Below, in pieces: positions 20,767 to 30,203 of a stretch of 64,000 nucleotides of DNA. The notes under the pieces were generated by a model that searched no databases, was not told the DNA's origin, and worked only from the letters and a program-made list of their open reading frames with translations. Position numbers and translations under genes: made by a program. Positions within the stretch are counted from its first letter, which is position 1; each line of letters begins with the position of its first letter. The DNA is taken from assembly GCA_963740355.1 (NCBI GenBank), contig CAVUDW010000002.1:1536001-1600000 (forward strand), in the 5' to 3' direction. Origin of the DNA: an uncultured Gemmatimonadaceae bacterium. Its GTDB lineage: Bacteria; Gemmatimonadota; Gemmatimonadetes; Gemmatimonadales; Gemmatimonadaceae.

Positions 20767-21462
20767 TTAGCGTGAAGAAGCGTCGGTGATGGCGCGAATG
20801 TCCTGCTGGCCGCCTGCAAGTGTTGCGCGTCCTGCGCCCCACACCGCAGCGACCAGCACGACGACGAGGACGGCACCCACCGCCAATCGCCGGATCCAGG
20901 GATCCTTTGCCGCGACGGCATCGTCCACCGGTCGCCATGCCGGCGCGAGGTCACCCGAGGCGCCACGAATCCGAGTGATACGGTCGCCAACGCGGTGCGC
21001 AATCACCTTCAGCGCGCCTGCATCGCTGCCGTACCGCCCGCGAAAGCCGAGCAGCAGGGCGTGGTGGAACACTTCGAGAACGTCGGCCAGCGCCGGTTCA
21101 TCCGAGCGTGCCAGCTGTTGCTCCAGATACTGATAAAACAGCTCGCCGCCCATGTGCCCACCAAACAGCTCGTCCTGCAGCGGACGTCGTGACCATTCCG
21201 CGAGTGCCGGTTGCGCAGAGTTGAGTACCGATTCGTCGAGGAAGGCGACCGCGGCGAAGAGTGCCACACGCACGTCGGTGGCGGCGTAGCCTGTGGCGGC
21301 ACCTGCCTGTTCCGCCTTCGCCAGCAGCGTGCGAGCCTGTTGGCGAAACGACTCGGCATCACGGACTGGGGCGCGATCACTCCGCAGCCGCGCAATCACC
21401 GTGAACAGATCCTGAAGCGAGAGCGCCAGACGTCCTGGCGCAGCAGTCGCGGGCGTGGTCAT
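20767..21462 (-). CDS. tssL: T6SS TssL (DotU family)
   Basis: AFLDESVL, W..RPLQ.ELFG...GGE.F, EVF...LLLGFRGRY, C-terminal TM; no OmpA domain. Confidence 0.93.
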   Translation of the reverse strand: MTTPATAAPGRLALSLQDLFTVIARLRSDRAPVRDAESFRQQARTLLAKAEQAGAATGYAATDVRVALFAAVAFLDESVLNSAQPALAEWSRRPLQDELFGGHMGGELFYQYLEQQLARSDEPALADVLEVFHHALLLGFRGRYGSDAGALKVIAHRVGDRITRIRGASGDLAPAWRPVDDAVAAKDPWIRRLAVGAVLVVVLVAAVWGAGRATLAGGQQDIRAITDASSR

Positions 21463-21517
21463 GAGTGCGGGGGCTGGCGACGAGACGGTGACGATGGCGG
21501 ATCGATCGAGGACGACG

Positions 21518-22888
21518 TTACTCAGGCACCAGCACGGCGATCTCGATCACCGCATCTGGCAACGAATCAGGGACATAGACGCCGACTTCACGCGTCTGCA
21601 GCAGGGCCTGTGCGCAGGGGCCGTCACGCGTGATGGCGAAGTAGCTCATCTCGGCGCGCGGGGCGATCCCGGTCGGCGGCGTCGGCACCGACTCGATCGT
21701 GAGGCCGGCGTAGGCGCGGCGCACCAGTTCGAGGACGAACTTGGCGGCGCAGACCTTGGCGTGCTGCGGGAACTGCGTCGCAGTGAGCAGCGGTCCGAGG
21801 CTCGTGCGGACGCCAACGTACCAGCGTGCCGAGGGCTCGAAGCAACGCGCGTCGGTGATCGCGGCCGTGTGCAGCGTCGATGACGTTTCCGTCAATCGCA
21901 CGACCACAGCGCGCGCGGACACGACGGCGTCGAGGTGCGAGCGGAGGTGGTAGTCCAGCGCGCCGAAGCACCCTTCCAGGTCCTGATGGTCGTACATCGG
22001 CAGGTCGCGCGCCTGCACCGTGAGCGAGAAGGTGCAGAGCGCGCCGGACAGCCGCGACAGTTCCACCCAGAGCCGCTCCGGATGTGCGGTGCGATTCGAC
22101 AGCAGGTGCCGCAGCGGCGCCTCGGCACTGCGAATGGCGTGCAACAACCAGCGGATCGCGACTTCGTTGCCCACGTAGGCCTGCGCCGACGCGGCACCCG
22201 CATCCGCGATCGCCGATGCTAACGCCGCGCTTTTCGCCTCGAGGATCGCGACGGTGTGTTGCAGGAGCGCCACCAGCCGCGGACTGGCGCCGTAGTGCAG
22301 GCAAGGCGGGATATAGTCGCGATCTACGACAAAATGGCCGCCGGCATCACGACGGATGCGCGCCAGTGGCAACGTGATGTCGCCCGCGGACAGTTCGTCA
22401 TCGAGCAGTAGCCGCAGGTGCTTGGTCGTGACCGTGACCGCGAGGGCGTCGGTGCCGGTGGTTTCGTCCACCAGTGTCCGTTCGTCCCGACGGAATCGCG
22501 TGGTCGCCGATGGCAGTGCTGACGCAGGGGCGACGTTTGGCGCATCGTTCAGCCACGGCGCGAGCGCCAGGTGCACCAGGTGCGACTCGCGTGTCGGCGA
22601 AAACCGCGCGGCCAGTGCCGTGGCGAGGGGCAGGGGATCGGGATCGGGCACCTGCAGCGGCGTGCCATCAGGGAATCGGCCGCGTGCATGCACCAGCGAG
22701 AGCGTTCCGCCGCGCAGCGCATCCGTATCCAGCTCCACGCCGGCGACGCCCCACGCGAATGGGATCATGGCATCAATTGCACGTCGCGCCTCGTCCTCGA
22801 GCCATCGACGCTGTGCCTGAAAATGCTGCGGGGCCAACGCCATGCCTTCCTGCCACACCGGCCGTGCCGGCGACAGCGGCTGGCTCAT
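21518..22888 (-). CDS. tssK: T6SS baseplate subunit TssK (copy 1)
   Basis: VWQEGMALAPQHFQAQ, FAWGV, GRFPDGT, YIPPCL, HPERLW, YDHQDL. Confidence 0.93.
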   Translation of the reverse strand: MSQPLSPARPVWQEGMALAPQHFQAQRRWLEDEARRAIDAMIPFAWGVAGVELDTDALRGGTLSLVHARGRFPDGTPLQVPDPDPLPLATALAARFSPTRESHLVHLALAPWLNDAPNVAPASALPSATTRFRRDERTLVDETTGTDALAVTVTTKHLRLLLDDELSAGDITLPLARIRRDAGGHFVVDRDYIPPCLHYGASPRLVALLQHTVAILEAKSAALASAIADAGAASAQAYVGNEVAIRWLLHAIRSAEAPLRHLLSNRTAHPERLWVELSRLSGALCTFSLTVQARDLPMYDHQDLEGCFGALDYHLRSHLDAVVSARAVVVRLTETSSTLHTAAITDARCFEPSARWYVGVRTSLGPLLTATQFPQHAKVCAAKFVLELVRRAYAGLTIESVPTPPTGIAPRAEMSYFAITRDGPCAQALLQTREVGVYVPDSLPDAVIEIAVLVPE

Positions 22889-23142
22889 GGTGCCCACGTT
22901 GCGAACACGCGTCGTGTGCCGGATCTGCAGGCAAAGCGAACGGTCAACATGCGTTCAGGGGGGAGTCGGCGTGGAGGACGAGGCACAGCTGGCGAGCGGC
23001 CCGGTCCGCCGATCCGGAGAGTGCGATTGCGCCAGCGGTTCGTCAAGATAACATACAGCGAAGAGTAGACTGCCTTGAAGGTTACACTGGGACCTCGGCG
23101 GCGCGACCGGTGGTTCGACCGCGTTTTCTCGACACCTGAGCT

Positions 23143-25050
23143 GTGATGATTGAACCCGCTGCACCCTCGCGTTATCGCTTGTCGATGGCCATCGCGCAGC
23201 AGGATGGCGTTCGAACCTATATCGCGGTGGATACCGTTGCGGGTGATTCGGTCCTCGCGCATGTGCTGACCGATACGTCGCCGGCGGCTCGCACGCTGAT
23301 GACGGCGCGTCTGGCGCAACTCACGGGAACCGATGCCGCGCAGGTGCTGGCGACGGTGGTCACTGACCGCGGCTGGGCCGTGATCACGCGTGCCGAGGAC
23401 GGGCTGAACAACTTTGGTGCGTGGTTGCATGCGCGCACGGTTGAGCCCCCCGCGCCATCGGGGACGATGGAGTTCAGCGCGTTTTCGTTCGCACCGCCGG
23501 CGGCACCATCGGCAGCCGCAGCCCCGGTTGCCGCTCCACCGACGGCGCCGCCGCTTGCGATGCCGAGTGTCGCCGCGCCTGTCGACAAGACGGTCGTCAT
23601 TCCACGGCCGCCGAGCACGCCGCCGGTCACGCCGCCGCCGATGGCCGTGCAGCCGGTCGCTCCGCCGCCGATGGCCATGCCGCCAGTTGCCATGCCGCCG
23701 GTTTCGCTGCCATCAGTGCCTCCAACACCGGCCGCGGTGCCAGCGCCTGCACCGGTGATGCCGATGCCGATGCCCGGTGGCGAGGCGATGGTGCTGCCGG
23801 TGGTGCTGTCATCGTCCCCGCCGCCCCCACCACCGAAGGCGCCTGCACCAGGGGAATTCACGCAGATGTTCGCGCCACTCGGCGCGCCGCCATCGAGTGG
23901 CGCGTCGACGCCGTCGCCGGTAGTTCCGATGCCGGTAGCGCCGATGCCGGTTGTCGCGCCGCCAGCACCGGTTGTTTCGCCGGTCGTGTCGACGCCGATT
24001 GCCCCACCAGTGGCGCCGTCGCCGATTGCCGCGGCGCCAGTTGCACCACAGCCAACATTCGACGGGCCGACACAGGCGCCAGCGCAGCAGTCGGTCACTC
24101 GACCCGATCTCGTGTTGCCGCTGCCACCGGCCGACGATGTGCGACCGGCAGCGCCACCACCCACGCCACCACCCGCGCCACCTGCGGCCATTCCGTCGCC
24201 GTCGGTCGTCACACCGGCGCCGCCTGTGACGCCTGCCGCGCCGGCACCCGGTGAATTCACCGCGATGTTCTCGCCGGGCGCCCACTTGAGCGGTCCACCG
24301 CGACCGCACATGTCACCGCCTGCTGCGGCGCCGCCACCAAGCGCGTACACGCCACCGCTCGCGCCACCTGCGTACACGCCACCGCAGGCGCCGCCACCGT
24401 ACACTCCACCGGTCGCGGCACCACCCGCGTACGTGCCACCGGCACCGCCGCCGGATCGTTTCCCGAGTCCGCCGCCTGACACCCGTCCGCCGGCCTTTGG
24501 TGCGGGTGCGGGCGTGAGCGCGTTGCCGCCGCTGCCGCCCCCTGCGACACCGCGTCCGGTGACGGCGCCGCCGATGTCGCCGCCTCCCCTGTCGCCGCCA
24601 TCACTGGCGATGCCGCCAGCCGGTGCCGCAGCGCCTGCACCGGCGCCTGGTGCGAGTGTACCGCCGGTATTGCCGCCGCCGCTGTTCGGTTTGCCTGCGG
24701 CGGGTGGGCCACCTCCGGCGAAGGCGGGGCGCGCTGCCGCCAGTGAGTACACGATGGTGATGCAGGCGAGCGTGAAGCCGATCGATGCGCCGGCACCTGC
24801 GAAGGAGCCAGCCGCCGATGCCACTGCGTCGACTGGTACGCGTCGACTCACGTTACCGGTGATCCTGATGATCAACGCCGTGGTGTTGCTGACGCTCGGA
24901 TTGATTCTCTACTTCGTGTTGCGAAATCCGCCTGCGGCCGTGCCGACGGTGAAAGGCGCACGAGCTTCGGCGGACAGTGCCGCGAAGGGTGCGGTCGACT
25001 CAGCCAAGGTGCAGGGTGATTCTGCCGGAGCGACCGCGCCAAAACCGTAA
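23143..25050 (+). CDS. Pro/Ala-rich membrane-anchored protein with degenerate kinase N-lobe-like N-terminus
   Basis: About 100-aa globular N-terminus (RYRL...TYIAVD...VLAHVL), about 460-aa Pro-rich linker with repeated PGEFTxMF, TM LPVILMINAVVLLTLGLILYFVL. Confidence 0.75.
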   Translation: MMIEPAAPSRYRLSMAIAQQDGVRTYIAVDTVAGDSVLAHVLTDTSPAARTLMTARLAQLTGTDAAQVLATVVTDRGWAVITRAEDGLNNFGAWLHARTVEPPAPSGTMEFSAFSFAPPAAPSAAAAPVAAPPTAPPLAMPSVAAPVDKTVVIPRPPSTPPVTPPPMAVQPVAPPPMAMPPVAMPPVSLPSVPPTPAAVPAPAPVMPMPMPGGEAMVLPVVLSSSPPPPPPKAPAPGEFTQMFAPLGAPPSSGASTPSPVVPMPVAPMPVVAPPAPVVSPVVSTPIAPPVAPSPIAAAPVAPQPTFDGPTQAPAQQSVTRPDLVLPLPPADDVRPAAPPPTPPPAPPAAIPSPSVVTPAPPVTPAAPAPGEFTAMFSPGAHLSGPPRPHMSPPAAAPPPSAYTPPLAPPAYTPPQAPPPYTPPVAAPPAYVPPAPPPDRFPSPPPDTRPPAFGAGAGVSALPPLPPPATPRPVTAPPMSPPPLSPPSLAMPPAGAAAPAPAPGASVPPVLPPPLFGLPAAGGPPPAKAGRAAASEYTMVMQASVKPIDAPAPAKEPAADATASTGTRRLTLPVILMINAVVLLTLGLILYFVLRNPPAAVPTVKGARASADSAAKGAVDSAKVQGDSAGATAPKP

Positions 25051-25065
25051 GTCGGTGATCGCGCG

Positions 25066-26406
25066 TCAGCGCAGTTGGATCACCAGTTCGAGGCGGGCGT
25101 CACCGAGGTCGGCCGGCACGTACACCGCGAGGTTGCGCGCACGTTCGATGGCTTCCCACGCCGGCCCGCTGCGGCGCAGCACGAAGTACTGCTGATCGAG
25201 CTTGATCGGCAGTCCGGCTGGCGGTTGCGCCACGTGCGTCACTTCGACGCCGGCCAGCGCCTGACGAATGAGGGTGTCGACGACGTCGGAGGAGGCGATC
25301 TTGCAGCCGCTGATGACTTTCGTCACGATGTCGATCGGCCGCACCGACGAGGCGACGGCGAGATACCACTGCGGCGCCTGAAGCCACGACTCCTGCTCCA
25401 CGGCCACCGCGTGCACCGAGTGTCGCACCACGCGCAGCGGTCGAGCGACGGCCGTGTCAGGGACGGCGGTGTCGAGCAACTCATGCACTCGCGCGTCGAG
25501 CAGTGTGAAGACCTCGCCGAGCCGCAGATGGTCGTAGGTCGGTAGCGGCGTCGGCATCGCGGAGAAGGTCGTCAGCGCACCGGCGAGGGCGATCATCGCT
25601 TCCCACAACGCCGCCGGGTGTCCACGTCGCACCTCGTACAGGTGCCGCAGCGAGGGTAGGTGGGTGTTGAGCGTGTAGAGCAACCAGAAGCCGGCGACAT
25701 CGGTCACCGAGAAGTCGGCCAGCCCTTGATTGCGTTGCCGCCGCGTGCCGGACACTGCGCTGGCCTTGGCGGCGACGCGTTCGACGAGCCGTCGCGTGAT
25801 GCCCACCAGGTATTCGTTGGCGGCGATGTCGAGCATCGGTGGCACGTATGACAGATCCAGCGTCGTCACGCCAGCCGCATCTCGCGTCAGGCGCATGATG
25901 GGCAAGGTCGTATAGCCATCCAGCGCCTCGCCTTCGAACAGCAGCCTGAGATTGGCGCGTGCCACACTCACTGGGCGTTCGTTGAGCCCCGTCACCTCGT
26001 CGCGCCGCTGCACCTCATCCCCGTGCCACCTGGCGATCGCACGCTCACCGACTTCCGCGACATTACGGCCGCCGGGCCGGTACTCCGGGACGGCGAGATG
26101 CACCACGAGCGAGGACTGATCCGGCGCCCAGGCATCGGTGAAGGCGCGTGGTGCCGGCGACGGGTCGCCGGCGGGGGCGTCGATCACCAGGCCGTCGGGA
26201 AAGCGTGCGGTGACCGCCGTGACGACGACGCTGCCGGCGGCGAGCGCCGCTCGGTCGAGCTCCAGTCGTGCCAGTCCCCACGGGCAAAACGTCAGCGTGG
26301 CGAGCTGGAAGGCCAATGCCTCCTCGTGTGCGCGATCCTGCTGCTGCAGGTGTTGCGGGGCGAGCAGGGTCCCCTTGGACCAGAGCACGGGATGGGCATG
26401 CGGCAT
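25066..26406 (-). CDS. tssK: T6SS baseplate subunit TssK (copy 2)
   Basis: VLWSKGTLLAPQHLQQQDR, PWGL, RFPDG, YVPPML, FWLLYTLN, HPAALW, YDHLRL. Confidence 0.93.
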   Translation of the reverse strand: MPHAHPVLWSKGTLLAPQHLQQQDRAHEEALAFQLATLTFCPWGLARLELDRAALAAGSVVVTAVTARFPDGLVIDAPAGDPSPAPRAFTDAWAPDQSSLVVHLAVPEYRPGGRNVAEVGERAIARWHGDEVQRRDEVTGLNERPVSVARANLRLLFEGEALDGYTTLPIMRLTRDAAGVTTLDLSYVPPMLDIAANEYLVGITRRLVERVAAKASAVSGTRRQRNQGLADFSVTDVAGFWLLYTLNTHLPSLRHLYEVRRGHPAALWEAMIALAGALTTFSAMPTPLPTYDHLRLGEVFTLLDARVHELLDTAVPDTAVARPLRVVRHSVHAVAVEQESWLQAPQWYLAVASSVRPIDIVTKVISGCKIASSDVVDTLIRQALAGVEVTHVAQPPAGLPIKLDQQYFVLRRSGPAWEAIERARNLAVYVPADLGDARLELVIQLR

Positions 26407-26591
26407 TCGACGAACCTATGCGCGTGTGCCGCTCACAGCCAATGCAGGTGGTGGGGTTCGCGCGGTCGTGTCGCGCGTCACCAGCCGCGCGAGTTGGCGC
26501 GACGATCCGGCGTTATCAGCGGCTTTGTGCGTGGCTGGACTGGCCGCCACGCACGCCATCAAACCGTGACCTGATCCCCGCGTGCACTGGC

Positions 26592-26620
26592 TTGACGCCG
26601 CGTGCGCTCCATGCCACCAT
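26592..26620 (+). promoter_or_regulatory. Possible sigma70 promoter for the tssB operon
   Basis: TTGACG-17-CACCAT with extended TG in the divergent tssK/tssB intergenic region. Confidence 0.35.
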
Positions 26621-26766
26621 AGGGCAGCCGAGACGGAATCAGGAGGTCGATCACCGTCTGAAAGTGGGCAGTTCAGACGGTGCCCGGCTCTTTGAAATTG
26701 CGTGTTCGTGCTCCAGCGTTCACTCCCTTCGTGAACGTCTTTTCCATTACTTCCGGAGCGTTGGTC

Positions 26767-27282
26767 ATGGCCGACAGCACGCAAAAGAAACTCGAGCGAG
26801 TGCGCGCTCCCCGCGTGAACATCAGCTACGATGTGGAGGCGGGCGATGCGATCGAGCAGAAGTCACTTCCCTTCGTGATGGGCATCCTGGGCGACTTTAC
26901 CGGTATGCCCGTCGAGCCGCTGGCGCGCGTCAAGGACCGCAAGTTCGTCGAGGTCACCCCCGACAACTTCGACGACGTCCTTGCCAGCATGAAGCCGCAT
27001 CTCGCGTTCTCGGTCGAGAACAAGCTGAGCGAGGATCCGAATGCCGCGAAGCTTGGCATCGACCTCACGTTCAAGAGCCTCGATGATTTCGCTCCGGATG
27101 CCGTTGCACGCCAGGTAAAGCCACTGCGCGAACTGCTCGACCTGCGCACCAAGCTGGCCGACCTTCGCGGCACGTTGCAGACGAACGAGAAGCTCGATGA
27201 GTTGTTGCAGGAGACGTTGCACGACGATGCGAAGCTGGCGGCGCTGAAGGCCGAACTCGGCCTCGATAAGTCGGAGGGTTGA
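26767..27282 (+). CDS. tssB: T6SS sheath small subunit TssB
   Basis: STQKKLERVRAPRVNISYDVE, LPFVMGILGDF, F.SLDDF.P..VA.QV..L..LL. Confidence 0.97.
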   Translation: MADSTQKKLERVRAPRVNISYDVEAGDAIEQKSLPFVMGILGDFTGMPVEPLARVKDRKFVEVTPDNFDDVLASMKPHLAFSVENKLSEDPNAAKLGIDLTFKSLDDFAPDAVARQVKPLRELLDLRTKLADLRGTLQTNEKLDELLQETLHDDAKLAALKAELGLDKSEG

Positions 27283-27286
27283 TCTG

Positions 27287-28777
27287 ATGGCTGACGCACA
27301 GGCGAGCGCAGCTGGCGCCGCACCGCAGGCTGAAGCCCGCGAAGTCGGGTTGCTCGACCAGATCGTGGCCGAAGGCCGCTTCGGTGCCGACACGCAGTCG
27401 CAGACGCGCGGCAAGGACCTCGTCACCCGCTTCGTCTCCGAGGTGCTGGAAGGCGCCGTGACCGTGGGACGCGACACGGAGGCGATGATCAACGCCCGCA
27501 TCGCGCAGCTCGATCACCTGCTGTCGCTGCAGGTGAACGAGATCATGCACAACGCGGAATTCCAGAAGCTCGAGGCGAGCTGGCGCGGCTTGAAGTACCT
27601 GCTCAACCAGACCGAGACGGGCGAGCAGCTGAAGCTGAAGATCTTCAACGTCAGCAAGAAGGAATTGCTGCGCGACCTGCAGCGCGCCCCGGAGTTCGAC
27701 CAGAGCGCGTTGTTCAAGAAGGTGTACGAGGAAGAGTACGGCGTGTTCGGCGGCGCCCCGTTTGGCGCGCTGCTCGGCAACTACGAGTTCAACAAGAGTG
27801 GCCAGGACATCGAGCTGCTGGAAAAGATCTCGAACGTCGCCGCGGCAGCACACGCCCCGTTCATCACGGCGGCGTCGCACGAGATGTTCAACCTCGAGAG
27901 CTACGCGCAGCTGGATCAGCCGCGCGACATGGCGAAGGTGCTCGACAGCACCGAGTACGCGAAGTGGAAGGCGTTCCGCAACACGGACGACTCCCGCTAT
28001 GTCGCGATGGCACTGCCGCGCATGCTGTTGCGTGAACCGTACGGTGCCAAGACCGTGCCGATCGAGGCGTTCAACTACGACGAGCACGTCGACGGGACGG
28101 AGCACGAGTCCTACCTCTGGGGCTCGGCCGCCTGGGCCCTCGGCGCGAAGATCACCGATGCCTTCGCCAAGTACAGCTGGTGCGCGGCCATCCGTGGCGT
28201 GGAAAGCGGCGGCCTCGTGACCGGCCTGCCGGTGCACAATTTCCAGACCGACGCTGGCGAGACGGTGATGAAGTGCCCGACCGAAGTGTCGGTCACCGAT
28301 CGCCGCGAGAAGGAACTCGCGGATCTCGGCTTCGTGCCGCTGGTCCACCAGAAGGGCACCCCGAACGCCGCGTTCTTCAGCGTGCAGAGTGCGCAGAAGG
28401 CGAAGGTGTACGACCAGCCGCAGGCGTCGGCCAACGCACGCATCTCGGCGCAGATTCCCTACATCTTCGCCACGTCCCGCTTCGCGCATTACCTGAAGGT
28501 GATGATGCGCGACAAGATCGGCGGGTTCATGACCGCCTCGGAAGCGACGTCGTTCCTCAATCGCTGGATCTCGCAGTACGTGGTGTCGAACGACGATGCA
28601 TCGTTCGAAACGAAGGCAAAGCGGCCGCTGAAGGAAGCGCGCATCGATGTCGTGGAAGTTGCGGGCAAGCCTGGCGTGTTGCGCGCCGTCGCATTCATGC
28701 GCCCGCACTTCCAGCTCGATGAGCTGTCCATCTCGATGCGCCTCGTTGCTGAGCTGCCGCCGCCGGCTGGCGGCTGA
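27287..28777 (+). CDS. tssC: T6SS sheath large subunit TssC
   Basis: FQKLEASWRGL, LFKKVYEEEYG, AAAAHAPF, SRFAHYLK.MMRDKIG, PHFQL. Confidence 0.98.
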   Translation: MADAQASAAGAAPQAEAREVGLLDQIVAEGRFGADTQSQTRGKDLVTRFVSEVLEGAVTVGRDTEAMINARIAQLDHLLSLQVNEIMHNAEFQKLEASWRGLKYLLNQTETGEQLKLKIFNVSKKELLRDLQRAPEFDQSALFKKVYEEEYGVFGGAPFGALLGNYEFNKSGQDIELLEKISNVAAAAHAPFITAASHEMFNLESYAQLDQPRDMAKVLDSTEYAKWKAFRNTDDSRYVAMALPRMLLREPYGAKTVPIEAFNYDEHVDGTEHESYLWGSAAWALGAKITDAFAKYSWCAAIRGVESGGLVTGLPVHNFQTDAGETVMKCPTEVSVTDRREKELADLGFVPLVHQKGTPNAAFFSVQSAQKAKVYDQPQASANARISAQIPYIFATSRFAHYLKVMMRDKIGGFMTASEATSFLNRWISQYVVSNDDASFETKAKRPLKEARIDVVEVAGKPGVLRAVAFMRPHFQLDELSISMRLVAELPPPAGG

Positions 28778-28857
28778 TGCGGGCGCAGTATTGCTGGGCA
28801 GTGCCGGGATTTCGAGGTTCACGCGGTCTACAATTTCATTCGTAAGGAGTCGAGCAG

Positions 28858-29355
28858 ATGCTGTTCCTGACTTTTGACAAGGCGGAAGGCCTCGTCGGCA
28901 GTACCACCGATGCCGGGCAGTCCAAGACGGGCGCGTCCGAAATCACGAGTTTCCAGTTCGGCGCCGGCACTGGCGTGAGCAAGGAATCGGGTCGCCTCAA
29001 GGCGAGCGTCGTCTCGCTGTCGGATGTGACGCTGACCAAGGCCTTCGATTCCATGTCGCCACCACTGTTTTCGGCGTGCAGCCGCGGCGCCTCGATTCCG
29101 AAGGCGTCGGTCATCTTCTGCAAGCCGAACGCCGACGCCAAGGCGGGCGCGATTCCTTACCTCACCGTCCTGATGGAGAACGCGGTGATCTCCGGCGTAT
29201 CCTGGAGCAGCGGCGGTGACATGCCGTCAGAGAGCATCTCGCTGACGTACGAAAAGATCACGTTCACGTACGAGGCCGCGCCGGCCGTCGGGAAGGAAGG
29301 TCAGGGCAAGCCGGTCGTCACCGGTTGGGATGCGATGCAGAACGTCAAGATCTGA
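28858..29355 (+). CDS. hcp: T6SS tube protein Hcp (TssD)
   Basis: TK.FD.MSP.LF..C..G, ESISLTYEKI...Y, GWD; AAGGAG RBS; follows tssC. Confidence 0.92.
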   Translation: MLFLTFDKAEGLVGSTTDAGQSKTGASEITSFQFGAGTGVSKESGRLKASVVSLSDVTLTKAFDSMSPPLFSACSRGASIPKASVIFCKPNADAKAGAIPYLTVLMENAVISGVSWSSGGDMPSESISLTYEKITFTYEAAPAVGKEGQGKPVVTGWDAMQNVKI

Positions 29356-29358
29356 TCA

Positions 29359-30075
29359 GTGCCGACCGCCATTGATGCGTTCCGGGCTGGACGCCTGTCG
29401 GAGGCGGTCGAGGCGTTGGGCATCGAACTGCGACACAATCCGTCCGATGCCCGACGTCGCACGTTTCTGTTCGAACTCCTCTGCTTCGCCGGCGACTATG
29501 AACGTGCCGTGAAGCAGCTCGACGTGCTCGGTTCGGCTTCGAAGGAAGCCGAACTGGGCGCGCTGTTGTACAAGGGCGCAATCCGTGCCCAGCGTGAACG
29601 CGAATCACTCTTCGCCGATCACGCCTTTCCGCTCGATCCCGCACCAGCCGTGCGCGGGACGCTCAACGGCAAGCCATTCGAGTCGCTCGAGGACGCGGAT
29701 CCGCGCATCGGTGCGCGGATCGAGTGCTTCGCCGCCGGCAAGTACATGTGGTTGCCGCTCGCGCATGTCGCGCAGATCACCATGGCCGCGCCGGCCTCGG
29801 TACGTGACACGCTCTGGCCAACAGTCCACGTGCGCACTGGCCCGGGATTCAAGGGGATGGAGCTGGGGCAGGTCCTGCTGCCGGTCATCGCTGCGGGCAC
29901 CACCAGCCAGGCCGATGAGCAGGTCCGTCTCGGGCGGGTCACCGATTGGGCCACGCTGCCGGATGGTGCGGAGGCGCCCGTCGGTCTCAAGTACTGGCTG
30001 GTCGACGGTGAAGAGTTCTCGCTGCTCGAATTGCGCGACCTCGTCATCGAGCGGCCGCCTGTCGTCGAGGCCTAG
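29359..30075 (+). CDS. tagJ: T6SS accessory protein TagJ (ImpE/SciE)
   Basis: R.FLFELLCFAGDYERA.KQL, F..L.DAD.R.G, Y.W.P, RD.LW, RLGR.TDW. Confidence 0.93.
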   Translation: MPTAIDAFRAGRLSEAVEALGIELRHNPSDARRRTFLFELLCFAGDYERAVKQLDVLGSASKEAELGALLYKGAIRAQRERESLFADHAFPLDPAPAVRGTLNGKPFESLEDADPRIGARIECFAAGKYMWLPLAHVAQITMAAPASVRDTLWPTVHVRTGPGFKGMELGQVLLPVIAAGTTSQADEQVRLGRVTDWATLPDGAEAPVGLKYWLVDGEEFSLLELRDLVIERPPVVEA

Positions 30076-30203
30076 TGCGGGCCGCCCCTCGCACGCACAC
30101 GAGTTGATCACGCTGACCTGACGCGCGCGCACGGCGCCGCCAATCCGTCGCGTGGTCTGCCGGGCTTCCGGCGTCGCGTTTCTCTTCCTCGCTTCTGATC
30201 GCA

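Noticed and set aside
18410..20770. 786-aa plus-strand ORF
   Set aside because: Antisense to tssM, Arg/His-rich and without recognisable motifs
23217..24875. Gly-rich 552-aa minus-strand ORF (PE-PGRS or collagen-like appearance)
   Set aside because: Mirror of the Pro codons on the plus strand, where the ORF has a coherent N-domain, repeated motifs and a TM helix
27071..28822. 583-aa minus-strand ORF
   Set aside because: Antisense shadow of tssB/tssC
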